The notes below the pieces were generated by a model. The model searched no databases, was not told where the DNA came from, and worked only from the letters and a program-made list of their open reading frames with translations. From positions 112,062 to 136,061 of the forward strand of contig JALNLM010000001.1 of the NCBI GenBank assembly GCA_023254095.1: a stretch of 24,000 nucleotides of DNA, given 5' to 3'. This document shows, piece by piece, positions 1-9,764 of the stretch (the first letter of the stretch is position 1; each line of letters opens with the position of its first letter). The translations under genes and the position numbers were made by a program. The DNA comes from Candidatus Geocrenenecus huangii. Its GTDB lineage: Archaea; Thermoproteota; Nitrososphaeria_A; Caldarchaeales; Wolframiiraptoraceae.

Positions 1-1398
1 AGGATCATATGCGGCCATGAGTAGCGCTCCATATTTTCCACTTCTTCTACCTCTTCCATGAAATGCTCCGACTACAACGAGGTCCACTGTATCGATCATC
101 TCACTCTTATAGTCGCGTTTATACTTGATCCAAAGCCAACCTCTAGCCCCAGCTCTATATATGGCCTCTTTACCTAATGCTTTAACAACTACTCCTTCGC
201 AACCTACCTCGACCGCTTCATGGAAAAATCTCTCAAGTCCTTCAGAACTATCCGTATACACTGCTTTGCTCAAGTTTATCCTCTCACCTATCTTAACTAT
301 TTTTTCAAGTATCTTTCTTCTTTGTTCAAGTGGTTCAATGGTTAGATCTCTTCCATCTACATACAAGACGTCGAAGAAGTATAAGCTTACAGGATATTCT
401 TCTATAGCCTTGTGTATTTCATGCTTCCTCTTACGGTGCATTAGTTCTTGGAAAGGAAGCATCTCCCCAGTCTCCTTCTCTATTGCTACAGCTTCACATT
501 CGAGTATTGCTTCATCCGCTAATACCGATTCCTGAACGAGCTTTACAACGTCTGGATACTGTGAAGTGATGTTCTCCTGTCTTCTAGAGAAGATGATGAC
601 GTCGCCGCCTTTCTTATGAATCTGCATTCTCTCCCCATCATACTTGTATTCCACTATACATTTTCCTCCAACTTTATCTAGGATTTCTGTAGCAGAGGAT
701 AACCTTTCAGCCAGCATAGGTCGGACCGGTCGACCTATGGTTATCTTGATATTCTTTATACCTTCCAAGCCTTCACTAACTGCAATCTTTGCCACATACC
801 CGATGTCTGAAGTTAGGTTGTATGCTCTCTCAAAAGATTCTCTTGCTTCTTTTCCCCCACCATACAGTATTGCGAGCGCATCGAGGATAGTCATATCGGC
901 CACTCCTAGTCTTAGTTTGCCTGTAACTATTCTAAGAATGTATTTAGCCTCCTTTGGTGTAGCTGATGCTAATAATCCCACGAGGATCTGTACCTTCATC
1001 TCCATAGCTCCTTCTCCAACAGCTCTAGCAATCTTCTCCAGTGATTGGTAAACCTCCTGAACTGTTAATTCATGCATATGAAGAGTTATCTGACTGCGCT
1101 TCTGTAGAAGCTTTTCAGCCACTAGCCCTATATCTCCTAGCCTACTATATTCTTCTTTAACAAACTTCTCATGTTGTCCTGAAGCGAGCTTAACAGCCCT
1201 GAGAGCTAGTTTATCAGCTACGCCTAACTCAATCCCCGTAAAGGGTGGATAGATCTCTCCAACCGTAAGGTACACGATCTTATCTATAATTTCAGGGGGG
1301 CTTTTCTTCAATAACTCTACTAAGAGATTCGTCATCTCTATTCTACTAGTAGTCGCTTCAATCTTCTCATAGTAATCTGTAAGTTGAGAGAAATGCAT
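1..1398 (-). CDS. lig: ATP-dependent DNA ligase (N-terminal 466 codons; C-terminus lies beyond the window start)
   Basis: I translated the minus strand from the ATG at 1398-1396: MHFSQLTDYYEKIEATTSRIEMTNLLVELLKK...CIVEYKYDGERMQIHKKGGDVIIFSRR...LYFFDVLYVDG...CEGVVVKAL...GWLWIKYKRDY... It carries the adenylation motif I (KYDGER) and ligase motifs III, IV and V. The frame stays open to position 1. The + strand ORFs at 125..535 and 644..1051 are Ser/Leu-rich antisense shadows of this gene. Confidence 0.93.
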   Translation of the reverse strand, partial: MHFSQLTDYYEKIEATTSRIEMTNLLVELLKKSPPEIIDKIVYLTVGEIYPPFTGIELGVADKLALRAVKLASGQHEKFVKEEYSRLGDIGLVAEKLLQKRSQITLHMHELTVQEVYQSLEKIARAVGEGAMEMKVQILVGLLASATPKEAKYILRIVTGKLRLGVADMTILDALAILYGGGKEARESFERAYNLTSDIGYVAKIAVSEGLEGIKNIKITIGRPVRPMLAERLSSATEILDKVGGKCIVEYKYDGERMQIHKKGGDVIIFSRRQENITSQYPDVVKLVQESVLADEAILECEAVAIEKETGEMLPFQELMHRKRKHEIHKAIEEYPVSLYFFDVLYVDGRDLTIEPLEQRRKILEKIVKIGERINLSKAVYTDSSEGLERFFHEAVEVGCEGVVVKALGKEAIYRAGARGWLWIKYKRDYKSEMIDTVDLVVVGAFHGRGRRSGKYGALLMAAYDP

Positions 1399-1422
1399 TC
1401 CAATGAAATCTTACGCAACGTC

Positions 1423-1431
1423 TAATTAAAG
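1423..1431 (-). promoter_or_regulatory. TATA-like box for the DNA ligase gene
   Basis: The minus strand reads CTTTAATTA, centred about 29 nt upstream of the ligase ATG at 1398. This spacing is typical of leaderless crenarchaeal transcripts. Confidence 0.4.
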
Positions 1432-1523
1432 TTTTAAAGATGTGGATGGATGCATCTTACTTGAATATTTCTCCATTAGATTTACAAGGAATCTCCTAAA
1501 TCATAATTCCGTGATCGTTCCTT

Positions 1524-1535
1524 AAGTATATAAGG
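1524..1535 (+). promoter_or_regulatory. TATA box for the aconitase gene
   Basis: AAGTATATAAGG is centred about 28 nt upstream of the ATG at 1558. This predicts a leaderless mRNA starting at that ATG rather than at the TTG at 1540. Confidence 0.5.
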
Positions 1536-1557
1536 AGGATTGAAAAAGGTTTATTCG

Positions 1558-4257
1558 ATGAATTCTTCAAATGTTTCCGAATTATTAAGAACTTATAAAG
1601 GTAGCGCTAGGATATGGAATCCGGCAAGATTAGAAAAGGTAAATCTATCATCGATGCCATACTCTATAAGAATTCTCCTCGAGAATGTTCTCAGGAATCT
1701 GGATGGAAAGGTTGTTACTGAAGAAGATGTCAAGACGTTAATAAATTGGAGAGATAACATCGGAAGAGAGATCCCATATTTTCCCAGTAGAGTAATCTTA
1801 CAGGATTTCACAGGTGTTCCCGCATTAGTTGACCTTGCAGCTATGAGGGATGCAGTAAAGAAAGTCGGCGGGAACCCGAAGATCGTTAATCCACTCGTCC
1901 CTGTACACTTGATAATAGATCATTCTGTCCAGGTAGATTTCCACGGTACAAGCTATGCCCTCGAACGAAACATGGAACTGGAAATAGAAAGAAACATCGA
2001 AAGATATAGATTTCTTAAATGGGCTGAGAAGGCCTTCAAGAATCTTAAAGTTGCATCTCCGGGTTTCGGTATAATACATCAGGTTAACTTAGAGTATCTA
2101 GCACAAGTTGTGCATCTAGCTAGAAGTAATGGTAGGCTTATAGCTTATCCAGACACTGTTATAGGTACTGACTCACACACCACGATGGTTTCTTCTCTGG
2201 GAGTACTCGGATGGGGTGTAGGAGGTATAGAGGCTGAGGCAGTAATGCTCGGTCAACCATATTATATCTCGATACCGGAAGTGATAGGAGTAAGGCTGAT
2301 TGGAGAACCGGGAGAGGGGGTGACACCTACAGACATAGTCTTAACAATCACCGAGATACTTAGGAAGAGGAACTTAGTAGATAAGATTGTTGAATTCATC
2401 GGTCCAGGCGTTAGCAGGCTTTCCACACCAGATAGAGCAACGATTTCTAACATGTCTCCTGAATATGGTCCTCGAACCGCATATTTCCCAATAGACAAGG
2501 AAACATTGAGATATCTTTCCTTGACTGGTAGAAAGTCGGAACATGTTAAATTTGTTGAAAAGTATTCGAGGAAGATTGGGATATTTAGAGAAGAGTCATC
2601 TCCAGAACCAGAATACATAAACGTGGTAGAGATAGACCTAGGCGAGGTTGAACCTTCTATCTCGGGTCCATCGAATCCTGAAGACAGGATTCCACTACGC
2701 ATGGTAAAAGAAAAATTCATCCAGATGCTTAATGAATACATTGAGGAATTTAAGAAGGCGGGAGCATCCGTAGACTTTTACGTTAAAGCTCCACTGGAAT
2801 TAGATGGCTTGAAGATGGAGCTAACGCATGGAAACATCGTTATAGCTGCTATAACGAGCTGTGTAAATACTTCTAATCCCACATTGATGATCGGTGCAGG
2901 TCTACTTGCTAAGAAAGCTGTAGAAAGGGGATTATCTCCTAAACCGTGGGTTAAAACTAGTTTCGCACCGGGAAGCCCCGTAGTGGTAGAGTATCTCAAG
3001 AAAGCGAATTTACTCCAGTATCTCGAAGCTTTAAGATTCCATGTAGTAGGATTTGGTTGTACAACATGTATAGGGAATACTGGGCCACTCCCCCCAAAGA
3101 TCGCGGAAGCAATTAAATCTAATCATCTTTACGCTGTAAGCATACTAAGCGGTAATAGAAACTTCGCTGGGAGAATACACCCATTAACTAGAGGAAGCTT
3201 CTTGGCATCTCCTCTATTGGTCGTAGCATACGCCTTAGCAGGTAGACTCGACATCGACTTATACAATGAGCCGCTGGGATTAGACCCGAATGGCCAGCCA
3301 GTATATCTCAAAGACATATGGCCCAATATAAGAGAGATCAGGGAAATAATGGAAAAGGTTATTAACCCATCAGACTTCAGGAAGAAGTATAGCAAGATAT
3401 TTAAGGGAAGTGAGAAGTGGAGAAAGATCCAGGTTGAGGAGTCAGACCTCTATCCATGGGATGAAAAATCAACTTATATTCGTAAGGCTCCATTCTTCGA
3501 AGACTTAACACTTGAGCCTCCAGAACTGAAAGACATAACGAATGCTAGAGCCCTAGTTCTGCTAGGAGACCGGATAACTACCGACCACATATCGCCTGCT
3601 GGGTCCATACCAGTAGATAGTTTAGCAGGAAAGTATCTAATCGAGAAAGGAGTTAAACCTGAAGAATTCAACACGTATGGATCGAGGAGAGGAAATCATG
3701 AGGTAATGATTAGGGGAACTTTTGACAATGTCCGGTTAAGAAACTTGTTAACGCCTGGAAAAGAAGGCGGATGGACCATACATATTCCCACTGGACAATT
3801 AATGAGGATATATGAAGCCTCCCAGAAATACAAGGAAGAAGGTACCCACATGATTGTAGTTGCTGGAACACAGTACGGTGCAGGAAGCTCAAGAGACTGG
3901 GCAGCCAAAGGTCCATACCTGCTTGGAGTTAAAGCAGTCATTGCTGAAAGCTATGAAAGCATACATAGAAGTAACCTAGTAGGCATGGGTATACTACCGC
4001 TACAATTTGAAGAAGGACAGAGCTGGAAGACCCTAGGATTAACTGGGAAGGAAATATTCCACATAGAGGGTATACAAGAGGGGTTGTATCCGAGAAAGAA
4101 GCTTAGAGTGAGAGCAGTAAGAGAAGACGGCTCAGAAGTTGTTTTTAACGTGATCGCTAGATTGGATACAAATACTGAGGTCGAATATTTCAAACATGGT
4201 GGCATACTAAAATACGTATTGAGAAAGCTACTCAAAAGTTCAAGAAAGGCGGAGTAG
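1558..4257 (+). CDS. acnA: Aconitate hydratase (AcnA/IRP-type aconitase)
   Basis: The 905-aa ORF has the family hallmarks: QDFTGVP, IGTDSHTTM, AAITSCVNTSNP, GFGCTTCIGNTG and SGNRNFAGR, which include the Fe-S cluster Cys ligands. The C-terminal swivel domain has GxQYGAGSSRDWAAKG. The ORF track starts at TTG 1540. I prefer ATG 1558 because of the TATA box at 1524-1535. The stop is TAG at 4255-4257. Confidence 0.95.
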   Translation: MNSSNVSELLRTYKGSARIWNPARLEKVNLSSMPYSIRILLENVLRNLDGKVVTEEDVKTLINWRDNIGREIPYFPSRVILQDFTGVPALVDLAAMRDAVKKVGGNPKIVNPLVPVHLIIDHSVQVDFHGTSYALERNMELEIERNIERYRFLKWAEKAFKNLKVASPGFGIIHQVNLEYLAQVVHLARSNGRLIAYPDTVIGTDSHTTMVSSLGVLGWGVGGIEAEAVMLGQPYYISIPEVIGVRLIGEPGEGVTPTDIVLTITEILRKRNLVDKIVEFIGPGVSRLSTPDRATISNMSPEYGPRTAYFPIDKETLRYLSLTGRKSEHVKFVEKYSRKIGIFREESSPEPEYINVVEIDLGEVEPSISGPSNPEDRIPLRMVKEKFIQMLNEYIEEFKKAGASVDFYVKAPLELDGLKMELTHGNIVIAAITSCVNTSNPTLMIGAGLLAKKAVERGLSPKPWVKTSFAPGSPVVVEYLKKANLLQYLEALRFHVVGFGCTTCIGNTGPLPPKIAEAIKSNHLYAVSILSGNRNFAGRIHPLTRGSFLASPLLVVAYALAGRLDIDLYNEPLGLDPNGQPVYLKDIWPNIREIREIMEKVINPSDFRKKYSKIFKGSEKWRKIQVEESDLYPWDEKSTYIRKAPFFEDLTLEPPELKDITNARALVLLGDRITTDHISPAGSIPVDSLAGKYLIEKGVKPEEFNTYGSRRGNHEVMIRGTFDNVRLRNLLTPGKEGGWTIHIPTGQLMRIYEASQKYKEEGTHMIVVAGTQYGAGSSRDWAAKGPYLLGVKAVIAESYESIHRSNLVGMGILPLQFEEGQSWKTLGLTGKEIFHIEGIQEGLYPRKKLRVRAVREDGSEVVFNVIARLDTNTEVEYFKHGGILKYVLRKLLKSSRKAE

Positions 4258-4267
4258 ATCTCACCCC

Positions 4268-4274
4268 TTTTTTT
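4268..4274 (+). terminator. Oligo-T tract between convergent genes (archaeal-type terminator)
   Basis: A T7 run lies 10 nt after the aconitase stop. On the opposite strand a T5 run (plus-strand CAAAAAGC, 4285-4292) follows the convergent gene that ends at 4293. Confidence 0.4.
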
Positions 4275-4292
4275 ACATTCCTTTCAAAAAGC

Positions 4293-5204
4293 TTACAGTT
4301 GTGATATCTCTGCACCAATATTACGTGCGGTTGTGAAGATGAACCTAAAACCCTCTACGCTTCCGAGTTTCCTACCTACCTCTTCAACCCCTGATCTTTC
4401 CACGAACCCATATATTGTCGGACCCCATGAACTTTGACCAATACCTCTTACTCCAATTTTTCTTAGCAGCTCAACAACTTTTACGGAGTCTTTGAAGTAT
4501 CTGCCAGATTGAGCGGTCTCGAAGAATCTGGATGTCATTGCATCGATTTCTTCAATAGCTTGCGAGAATCTCTGAAAATTCTTCTCAATTAGAGATGGTA
4601 GAAGTTTCATCAAGATTATCAAGGATGTTTCTCTAGGATCTCCGCTATCAGGTCTCTTCAATGCCTCAAATTCTATTCTCCCATGCAAGCCTATTCCTTC
4701 TTCTGTCGGAATTGCTAACAAGATCATCCATTCCTGAGGGAAGTCAGCTCTGAACAGTAATGGTGGAATATCTGTATCAGATTCTTTACCTCCGTCAATA
4801 GTCAATCCACCCCTCTGGAATAACCAGTAGCCTGCACCAGATACTGTACATCTGTTAAAGATCAAAGCTATATCTCTAGACGTTAGATCAAGGTCATAGA
4901 GTTTAGAAGCTGCTAATCCGATCGAGAGAATAGTCTGAGTCCCAGATCCTAATCCAACGTGTCTAGGAATATAGTTAAGGCATCTAACCATTAAACCGTT
5001 TATTCCCAGTTTCCCAACGACATCTTCAACAAGCATTTCCAACCATTTAGGACCATCGACAATGATACTGTCGCATTTAGAGACAATCATAGACAGCCTA
5101 GGATCGTTCAAGTAAAGTCCTACTGAACCCCATCTACGTCCAAGAACCCCCAATGGATCAATAAATCCTAAATGGATTCTTGATCCAGCTTCTACCTTAA
5201 TCAT
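4293..5204 (-). CDS. Beta-ribofuranosylaminobenzene 5'-phosphate (beta-RFAP) synthase, GHMP-kinase superfamily
   Basis: The N-terminus MIKVEAGSRIHLGFIDPLG...G..G..L, the phosphate-binding HVGLGSGTQ loop and the C-terminal GQSSWGPTIYGF match the MJ1427-type family pattern. It sits next to mptA and mptE. Confidence 0.8.
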   Translation of the reverse strand: MIKVEAGSRIHLGFIDPLGVLGRRWGSVGLYLNDPRLSMIVSKCDSIIVDGPKWLEMLVEDVVGKLGINGLMVRCLNYIPRHVGLGSGTQTILSIGLAASKLYDLDLTSRDIALIFNRCTVSGAGYWLFQRGGLTIDGGKESDTDIPPLLFRADFPQEWMILLAIPTEEGIGLHGRIEFEALKRPDSGDPRETSLIILMKLLPSLIEKNFQRFSQAIEEIDAMTSRFFETAQSGRYFKDSVKVVELLRKIGVRGIGQSSWGPTIYGFVERSGVEEVGRKLGSVEGFRFIFTTARNIGAEISQL

Positions 5205-5336
5205 CGATCTTCAGAACCTTAAACCATAATTTCTGCGTATTCTTTTATAATTTTAAAGTCTGTTTACTATGTTCCGAGCTGGAAAATTTAATGATGCTTA
5301 TCAAGACGCTATCTTTGTAGGAATAGTAATAGTTAT

Positions 5337-6251
5337 ATGGGAGCCGCCTGGACTGAAACTGTAGTCTATAATATGTCGATGAGTAACGTTCCTAACGTTC
5401 AAGATGAAGAACCGAAAGTACAAATTCCGATAAATAGGGTCGGGTTCAAGAATATAAGGATACCTGCAGGTAAAATGCTTTTAAATGGGTTAGAGATATT
5501 TTTCATACCCAGGTTTCATATATCGGTAGATTTGCCTAAAGACAAACGTGGTGTTCATGCATCTAGAATATATGGTATCGTCTCAGAAATAGTTAAGGAG
5601 TATTGGGGGAAGAACGTAGAGCTCGAGGAGATTGGGGAGGAGATCGCTAAAGGATTATTGAAAGCACATCCGTACTCGAGTAAGGCATATGTTGTTATAG
5701 AGTCTTCAGCATACTATAAGGCTGAAGCACCTATTACGAAATCCACCTCCTACGAACGCTTCAAAATATATGTAAAAGTTAAAGCATACAGGAACTCGAA
5801 GAGTATAAAATATTTTGGAGTGGAGGTCGAGGGATTAACAGCCTGTCCATGTGCTAGAGAAGTCGTAAAGAAAGCTTTCCCTGGAGCGGATACAACACAT
5901 ATGCAGAGGAGTAGAGCCAAAGTCATTCTTAGATTGTTTGGAGATACGAGAATAGACCTGGTCGACCTACTGGACATAGTTAAGTCATCTTTCAGCTCTC
6001 CACTATATTCATACTTGAAGAGAACAGATGAGGCGAAAGTGGTTATTGACGCATTAGAGTCGCCTAAATTTGCAGAAGATACTCTCAGAGAAATAGTAGA
6101 GAAGATTGCTCAGAGGTGGATAGACCTGCCCGATGATTCAGAGATATACGTAAGTGTTGAAAGTAAAGAGAGCCTCCATCCTCAAGATATCGTAGCATTC
6201 ATCAAATTGAAGTTAAGCGATGCGAGAAACCTGCTAAACAAGAGGGTGTAG
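5337..6251 (+). CDS. mptA: GTP cyclohydrolase, FolE2/MptA family (GTP cyclohydrolase IV type)
   Basis: The N-terminal NVQDEEPKVQIPINRVGFKNIRIP motif and the metal-site GLTACPCA and HMQRS motifs fit the FolE2/MptA family. The true start may be Met13 or Met15 (ATG at 5373 or 5379), just before the conserved DVQ-like motif. The stop is TAG. Confidence 0.82.
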   Translation: MGAAWTETVVYNMSMSNVPNVQDEEPKVQIPINRVGFKNIRIPAGKMLLNGLEIFFIPRFHISVDLPKDKRGVHASRIYGIVSEIVKEYWGKNVELEEIGEEIAKGLLKAHPYSSKAYVVIESSAYYKAEAPITKSTSYERFKIYVKVKAYRNSKSIKYFGVEVEGLTACPCAREVVKKAFPGADTTHMQRSRAKVILRLFGDTRIDLVDLLDIVKSSFSSPLYSYLKRTDEAKVVIDALESPKFAEDTLREIVEKIAQRWIDLPDDSEIYVSVESKESLHPQDIVAFIKLKLSDARNLLNKRV

Positions 6252-6254
6252 GCT

Positions 6255-7052
6255 TTGAGATGGGAAGAGTGGGAGCCAATCTATCTTGAGATAGTTAAAG
6301 AGATGGGCTATTCCATAGAGAAAGATCTTACGGCAGCCTATACATTAAGTCACCTGATAACTGACAGAGCTTTAACCACCGAGGAATTAAGAGAAGAGTT
6401 AGATGAAAGAAAAACTGCGGTAGTCTTCGGGGCGGGACCATCACTTAAAGTAGACATAGAAGAATTCGTTAAGTCGGGCATAATTGATGACGTCGTTGTT
6501 TTTGTAGCCGATGGAGCTTCAAGAGCATTCCTAGAAAGAGGATTAAAGATTGATATTATTGTAACCGATCTGGATGGAGGTGACGAGACTCTAATAGAAT
6601 CTTCTAGGGTATGTCTAGCAACAGTGGTACATGCTCATGGAGATAATATTGAAAAGATAAGAGAACTTGTACCACGACTTTATGGAAAGATACTTGGTAC
6701 AACGCAATGCAAGCCATGCGACCTCCTATACAACTTTGGAGGATTTACTGATGGAGATAGAGCAGTATTCTTGTCGGATGCTCTAGGATTTGAAAACATA
6801 GTTCTAGCAGGAATGGATTTCGGAGAAGAAATAGGTGAATACTCTAAGAGCATCAACAAGCATGATTTTGAGCGGCTTAAGGTTAAGAGAAAGAAGCTAC
6901 GCATAGGTAAGAAGCTACTCGAAATCTACGCATCCAAATCTACTAGGAAACTGTTCAATGCAACTTCTAGAGGTGAGGAAATAAAAGGATTTATTCAAAC
7001 ATCTTTCGAGGAAATAGAAGATGTGCTAAGACAACATGTGCTAGAATCATAG
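6255..7052 (+). CDS. mptE: 6-hydroxymethyl-7,8-dihydropterin pyrophosphokinase, archaeal MptE-like (DUF115 family)
   Basis: The pattern W..W.P.Y..I...GYS.E.D..AA, then VVFGAGPSL, VTDLDG and HAHGDN matches the archaeal MptE/DUF115 HPPK family. A TTG start lies 3 nt after the mptA stop, so the two genes are probably co-transcribed. Confidence 0.75.
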   Translation: MRWEEWEPIYLEIVKEMGYSIEKDLTAAYTLSHLITDRALTTEELREELDERKTAVVFGAGPSLKVDIEEFVKSGIIDDVVVFVADGASRAFLERGLKIDIIVTDLDGGDETLIESSRVCLATVVHAHGDNIEKIRELVPRLYGKILGTTQCKPCDLLYNFGGFTDGDRAVFLSDALGFENIVLAGMDFGEEIGEYSKSINKHDFERLKVKRKKLRIGKKLLEIYASKSTRKLFNATSRGEEIKGFIQTSFEEIEDVLRQHVLES

Positions 7053-7114
7053 AAGCTAGCCGGTCGTTAAAGGTTTATGTCTAAGCATACTTTCAGTAAC
7101 TTTTGTGATGGAAC

Positions 7115-7912
7115 ATGACCGGAAATAAGAAGTGTAAAATTGGCATTATAGGTGGATCCGGAATTTACGATCCCGGTCTCTTAAAGAATGTAGAGAGAGC
7201 AAAAGTTTACACACCCTATGGCTCGCCAAGCTCTCACATCACTATCGGAGAATACTCTGGGATAACGGTAGCCTTCATCCCAAGGCATGGAGAAGGCCAC
7301 ATTATTCCACCACATGCGATAAACTATAGAGCAAATATCTGGGCTTTAAAAGAGCTTGGAGTCGAGAGGGTGCTTGCTCCAAGCGCTGTGGGAAGTCTCC
7401 AAGAAGGGTATAAGCCAGGGGAACTTGTTCTCCCAGACCAGTACATTGATAGGACTTGGGGGCGCGCCGGAACATTCTACGAGGGGGGTCAGGTAGCGCA
7501 TGTAAGCATGGCCGACCCATTCTGCCCAGAGCTTACAGACATAGTATATGATGTTGCGGTCTCACTCGGTCTACCCATACATAAGGGTGGAACGTACATC
7601 TGTATCCAGGGGCCACGATTCTCAACTAGAGCAGAATCAAGACTCTACAAGAGCTGGGGTGCACATATAATAGGTATGACTTTAGTCCCAGAAGTGAATC
7701 TGGCTAGAGAAGCAAGAATGTGTTATCTAACAATAGCGATGGTAACAGACTATGATGTATGGGCTGAGAAACCTGTAAGCGCTGAAGAAGTAGCACGGAC
7801 TATGAGGGAGAACGTTGAGAAAGTTAAGAAGCTATTAGAGAAGACGATCCCGAAGATACCTGAGGATAGAAGATGTCTATGTAAAAAGTATCTGGACGAG
7901 GCACTTATGTAA
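7115..7912 (+). CDS. mtnP: S-methyl-5'-thioadenosine phosphorylase (MTAP-type purine nucleoside phosphorylase)
   Basis: The motifs [44 protein letters not shown] and GMT..PE..LARE match the MTAP family. The C-terminal CLC is a CxC motif, as in hyperthermophile MTAPs. Confidence 0.88.
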   Translation: MTGNKKCKIGIIGGSGIYDPGLLKNVERAKVYTPYGSPSSHITIGEYSGITVAFIPRHGEGHIIPPHAINYRANIWALKELGVERVLAPSAVGSLQEGYKPGELVLPDQYIDRTWGRAGTFYEGGQVAHVSMADPFCPELTDIVYDVAVSLGLPIHKGGTYICIQGPRFSTRAESRLYKSWGAHIIGMTLVPEVNLAREARMCYLTIAMVTDYDVWAEKPVSAEEVARTMRENVEKVKKLLEKTIPKIPEDRRCLCKKYLDEALM

Positions 7913-8248
7913 ACTTCATCTATTTATATGAAATTTCTCAATAATTCTAAAACTTGTAGATTCGATAATAGAACAATGTTCATGAAAAGTTTGACTCTTA
8001 CTGAGATCTCAGGCTGCTGTAATAAGTTTACCTTCTAGTCGGGTCTCTTCCCTCAATTATCAGGTTATATCTTTAATAGTAGTCGTCTTAAATCTCCAAG
8101 TATCTATGGAATTCTTGTAGGTGTAGTCGAACCCTAAAATTCACCTCAACATTTAAATCTAGCTGGATTGACTAGATATGCTTTAGAGGGATAGATTATT
8201 GTTTCAGAGATTACGCTTCACTGGCTTGAGAAGAGCCTAGTCAAGTTA

Positions 8249-9736
8249 TTGAGAAGAGAGGGGAGGGCTCTAAGTTTTGAGGAGGCTGCAAATCTTCTTA
8301 ACAGAGATGTCGGTACGATAGCTAAAACTGTTCAATGGCTTAGGGAGAAAAACCTTGTAGAGGTCGAAGTAAGAACATCGAATCTTGTATCTTTAGGATC
8401 GGAAGGTCAAATCTATTCCGCTGATGGACTTCCTGAGAGGAGGTTGATAGAGATGCTTTCAGAGGCAGGAGGCGTAGCTAGCATAGATGAGCTGAAGAAA
8501 AGTCTTGGCGAAGACGTCTTCCAGATAGGCTTAATCTGGGCAAAGAAGAATCAATGGATAAATATAGAGTCTACTGGCCCCCAGAAATCTGTCAAGCTAA
8601 TACATTATCCGGGAGAAACATCTGAGGAAAAACTTCTTAAACATTTAAGAGAGAGGGGAGTAGTTGAATTCGAAGACCTCGGTGAAGACTTAAAGAAGGC
8701 TTGCATGAACCTTAAAACTAGACAATCTGTCATCAATATAGATGAAGTTAAGAGATATTACGTGAGGCTTACAGATAAAGCCTTGCAGATCCCAGAAGGA
8801 GAACTGCATATACAGGAAGTTACCAGGTTGACGAAGGACATGCTTACCTCGGGCTCGTGGAGACAGTATAGGTTCAGCAGATTCGATATCAGCGCTCCCT
8901 CGAAACCAATCTACGCTGGGAAGAGGCATCCTCTCCAGAGATTAATAAAAATTGTTAAAGAGATATTTGTCGAGATGGGGTTCGAGGAGATACGCGGACC
9001 CATTGTAGAACTTGCTTTCTGGAATTTCGATGCTTTATTCCAGCCTCAAGACCATCCTGCAAGAGACATGCATGATACCTTCTACCTAAATTATCCTAGC
9101 ACTGGCCAGTTGCCTGAAAACCTAGTAGAAAGGATAAAAGATGCGCATGAAACAGGTGGTTCGACGGGGTCGCTTGGATGGAGATACAGATGGAGAAGAG
9201 AAGAAGCTGATAAACTAGTTCTCAGAACTCATACTACTGCTACCACCATCAGATATCTTGCTGAGCACCCTGACCCGCCTGTAAAAGTGTTCTCAGTAGA
9301 TAGGATATACAGGAATGAAAAAGTAGACTGGAAGCATCTAGCAGAATTTCATCAGATTGAAGGAATAGTAATGGATAAGAATGTATGCTTCAGAGACCTC
9401 ATAGGATTGATTAAAGAATTCTACTCCCGTCTAGGCTTGAAAGATGTGAGGTTTAGACCAAGCTACTTTCCATACACTGAGCCTTCGGCTGAAGCGATAG
9501 TATATCTTAGAGAGAAGAACACATGGCTAGAATTGATAGGGATGGGGATCTTTAGACCAGAGGTCACTCAGCCTCTAAATGTCAAGTACCCAGTTCTAGC
9601 TTGGGGAGGTGGACTTGAACGCCTTGCACTAGCATTGTACAATCTAGAAGACATAAGAACATTCTACATGAATGATCTTAGATGGATTAGAAGCATCCCA
9701 AGCACTTATCTTGATAAGAAAATCGGATTATCGTAG
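8249..9736 (+). CDS. pheS: Phenylalanine--tRNA ligase alpha subunit (archaeal type)
   Basis: The class II core has FQPQDHPARDMHDTFY, RTHTTATT, FHQIEG and FPYTEPS, preceded by N-terminal wHTH repeats. The first canonical in-frame start is TTG 8249. The frame is open from 8195 and the upstream codons look like part of the conserved first helix (see findings). Confidence 0.9.
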   Translation: MRREGRALSFEEAANLLNRDVGTIAKTVQWLREKNLVEVEVRTSNLVSLGSEGQIYSADGLPERRLIEMLSEAGGVASIDELKKSLGEDVFQIGLIWAKKNQWINIESTGPQKSVKLIHYPGETSEEKLLKHLRERGVVEFEDLGEDLKKACMNLKTRQSVINIDEVKRYYVRLTDKALQIPEGELHIQEVTRLTKDMLTSGSWRQYRFSRFDISAPSKPIYAGKRHPLQRLIKIVKEIFVEMGFEEIRGPIVELAFWNFDALFQPQDHPARDMHDTFYLNYPSTGQLPENLVERIKDAHETGGSTGSLGWRYRWRREEADKLVLRTHTTATTIRYLAEHPDPPVKVFSVDRIYRNEKVDWKHLAEFHQIEGIVMDKNVCFRDLIGLIKEFYSRLGLKDVRFRPSYFPYTEPSAEAIVYLREKNTWLELIGMGIFRPEVTQPLNVKYPVLAWGGGLERLALALYNLEDIRTFYMNDLRWIRSIPSTYLDKKIGLS

Positions 9737-9764
9737 AAGATTATCAATTGTAGAGAAAGATCAT

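Noticed and set aside
125-1051. The + strand ORFs at 125..535 and 644..1051 from the ORF track.
   Set aside because: They are Ser/Leu/Ile/Thr-rich and low in complexity, and they lie antisense to a clear DNA ligase reading frame that carries KYDGER and the other ligase motifs. They are shadow ORFs.
1593-4235. Nine minus-strand ORFs inside aconitase (for example 2262..2741, 159 aa), plus similar antisense ORFs inside other genes. Examples are 5750..5977, 6680..6904, 7302..7520, 8690..8929, 13284..13742, 14316..14996, 16272..17807, 19340..20005 and 23613..23858.
   Set aside because: Each lies fully within a strongly supported gene on the other strand. They have a skewed Ser/Leu/Pro/Ile composition, no recognisable motifs and no promoter-like upstream context.
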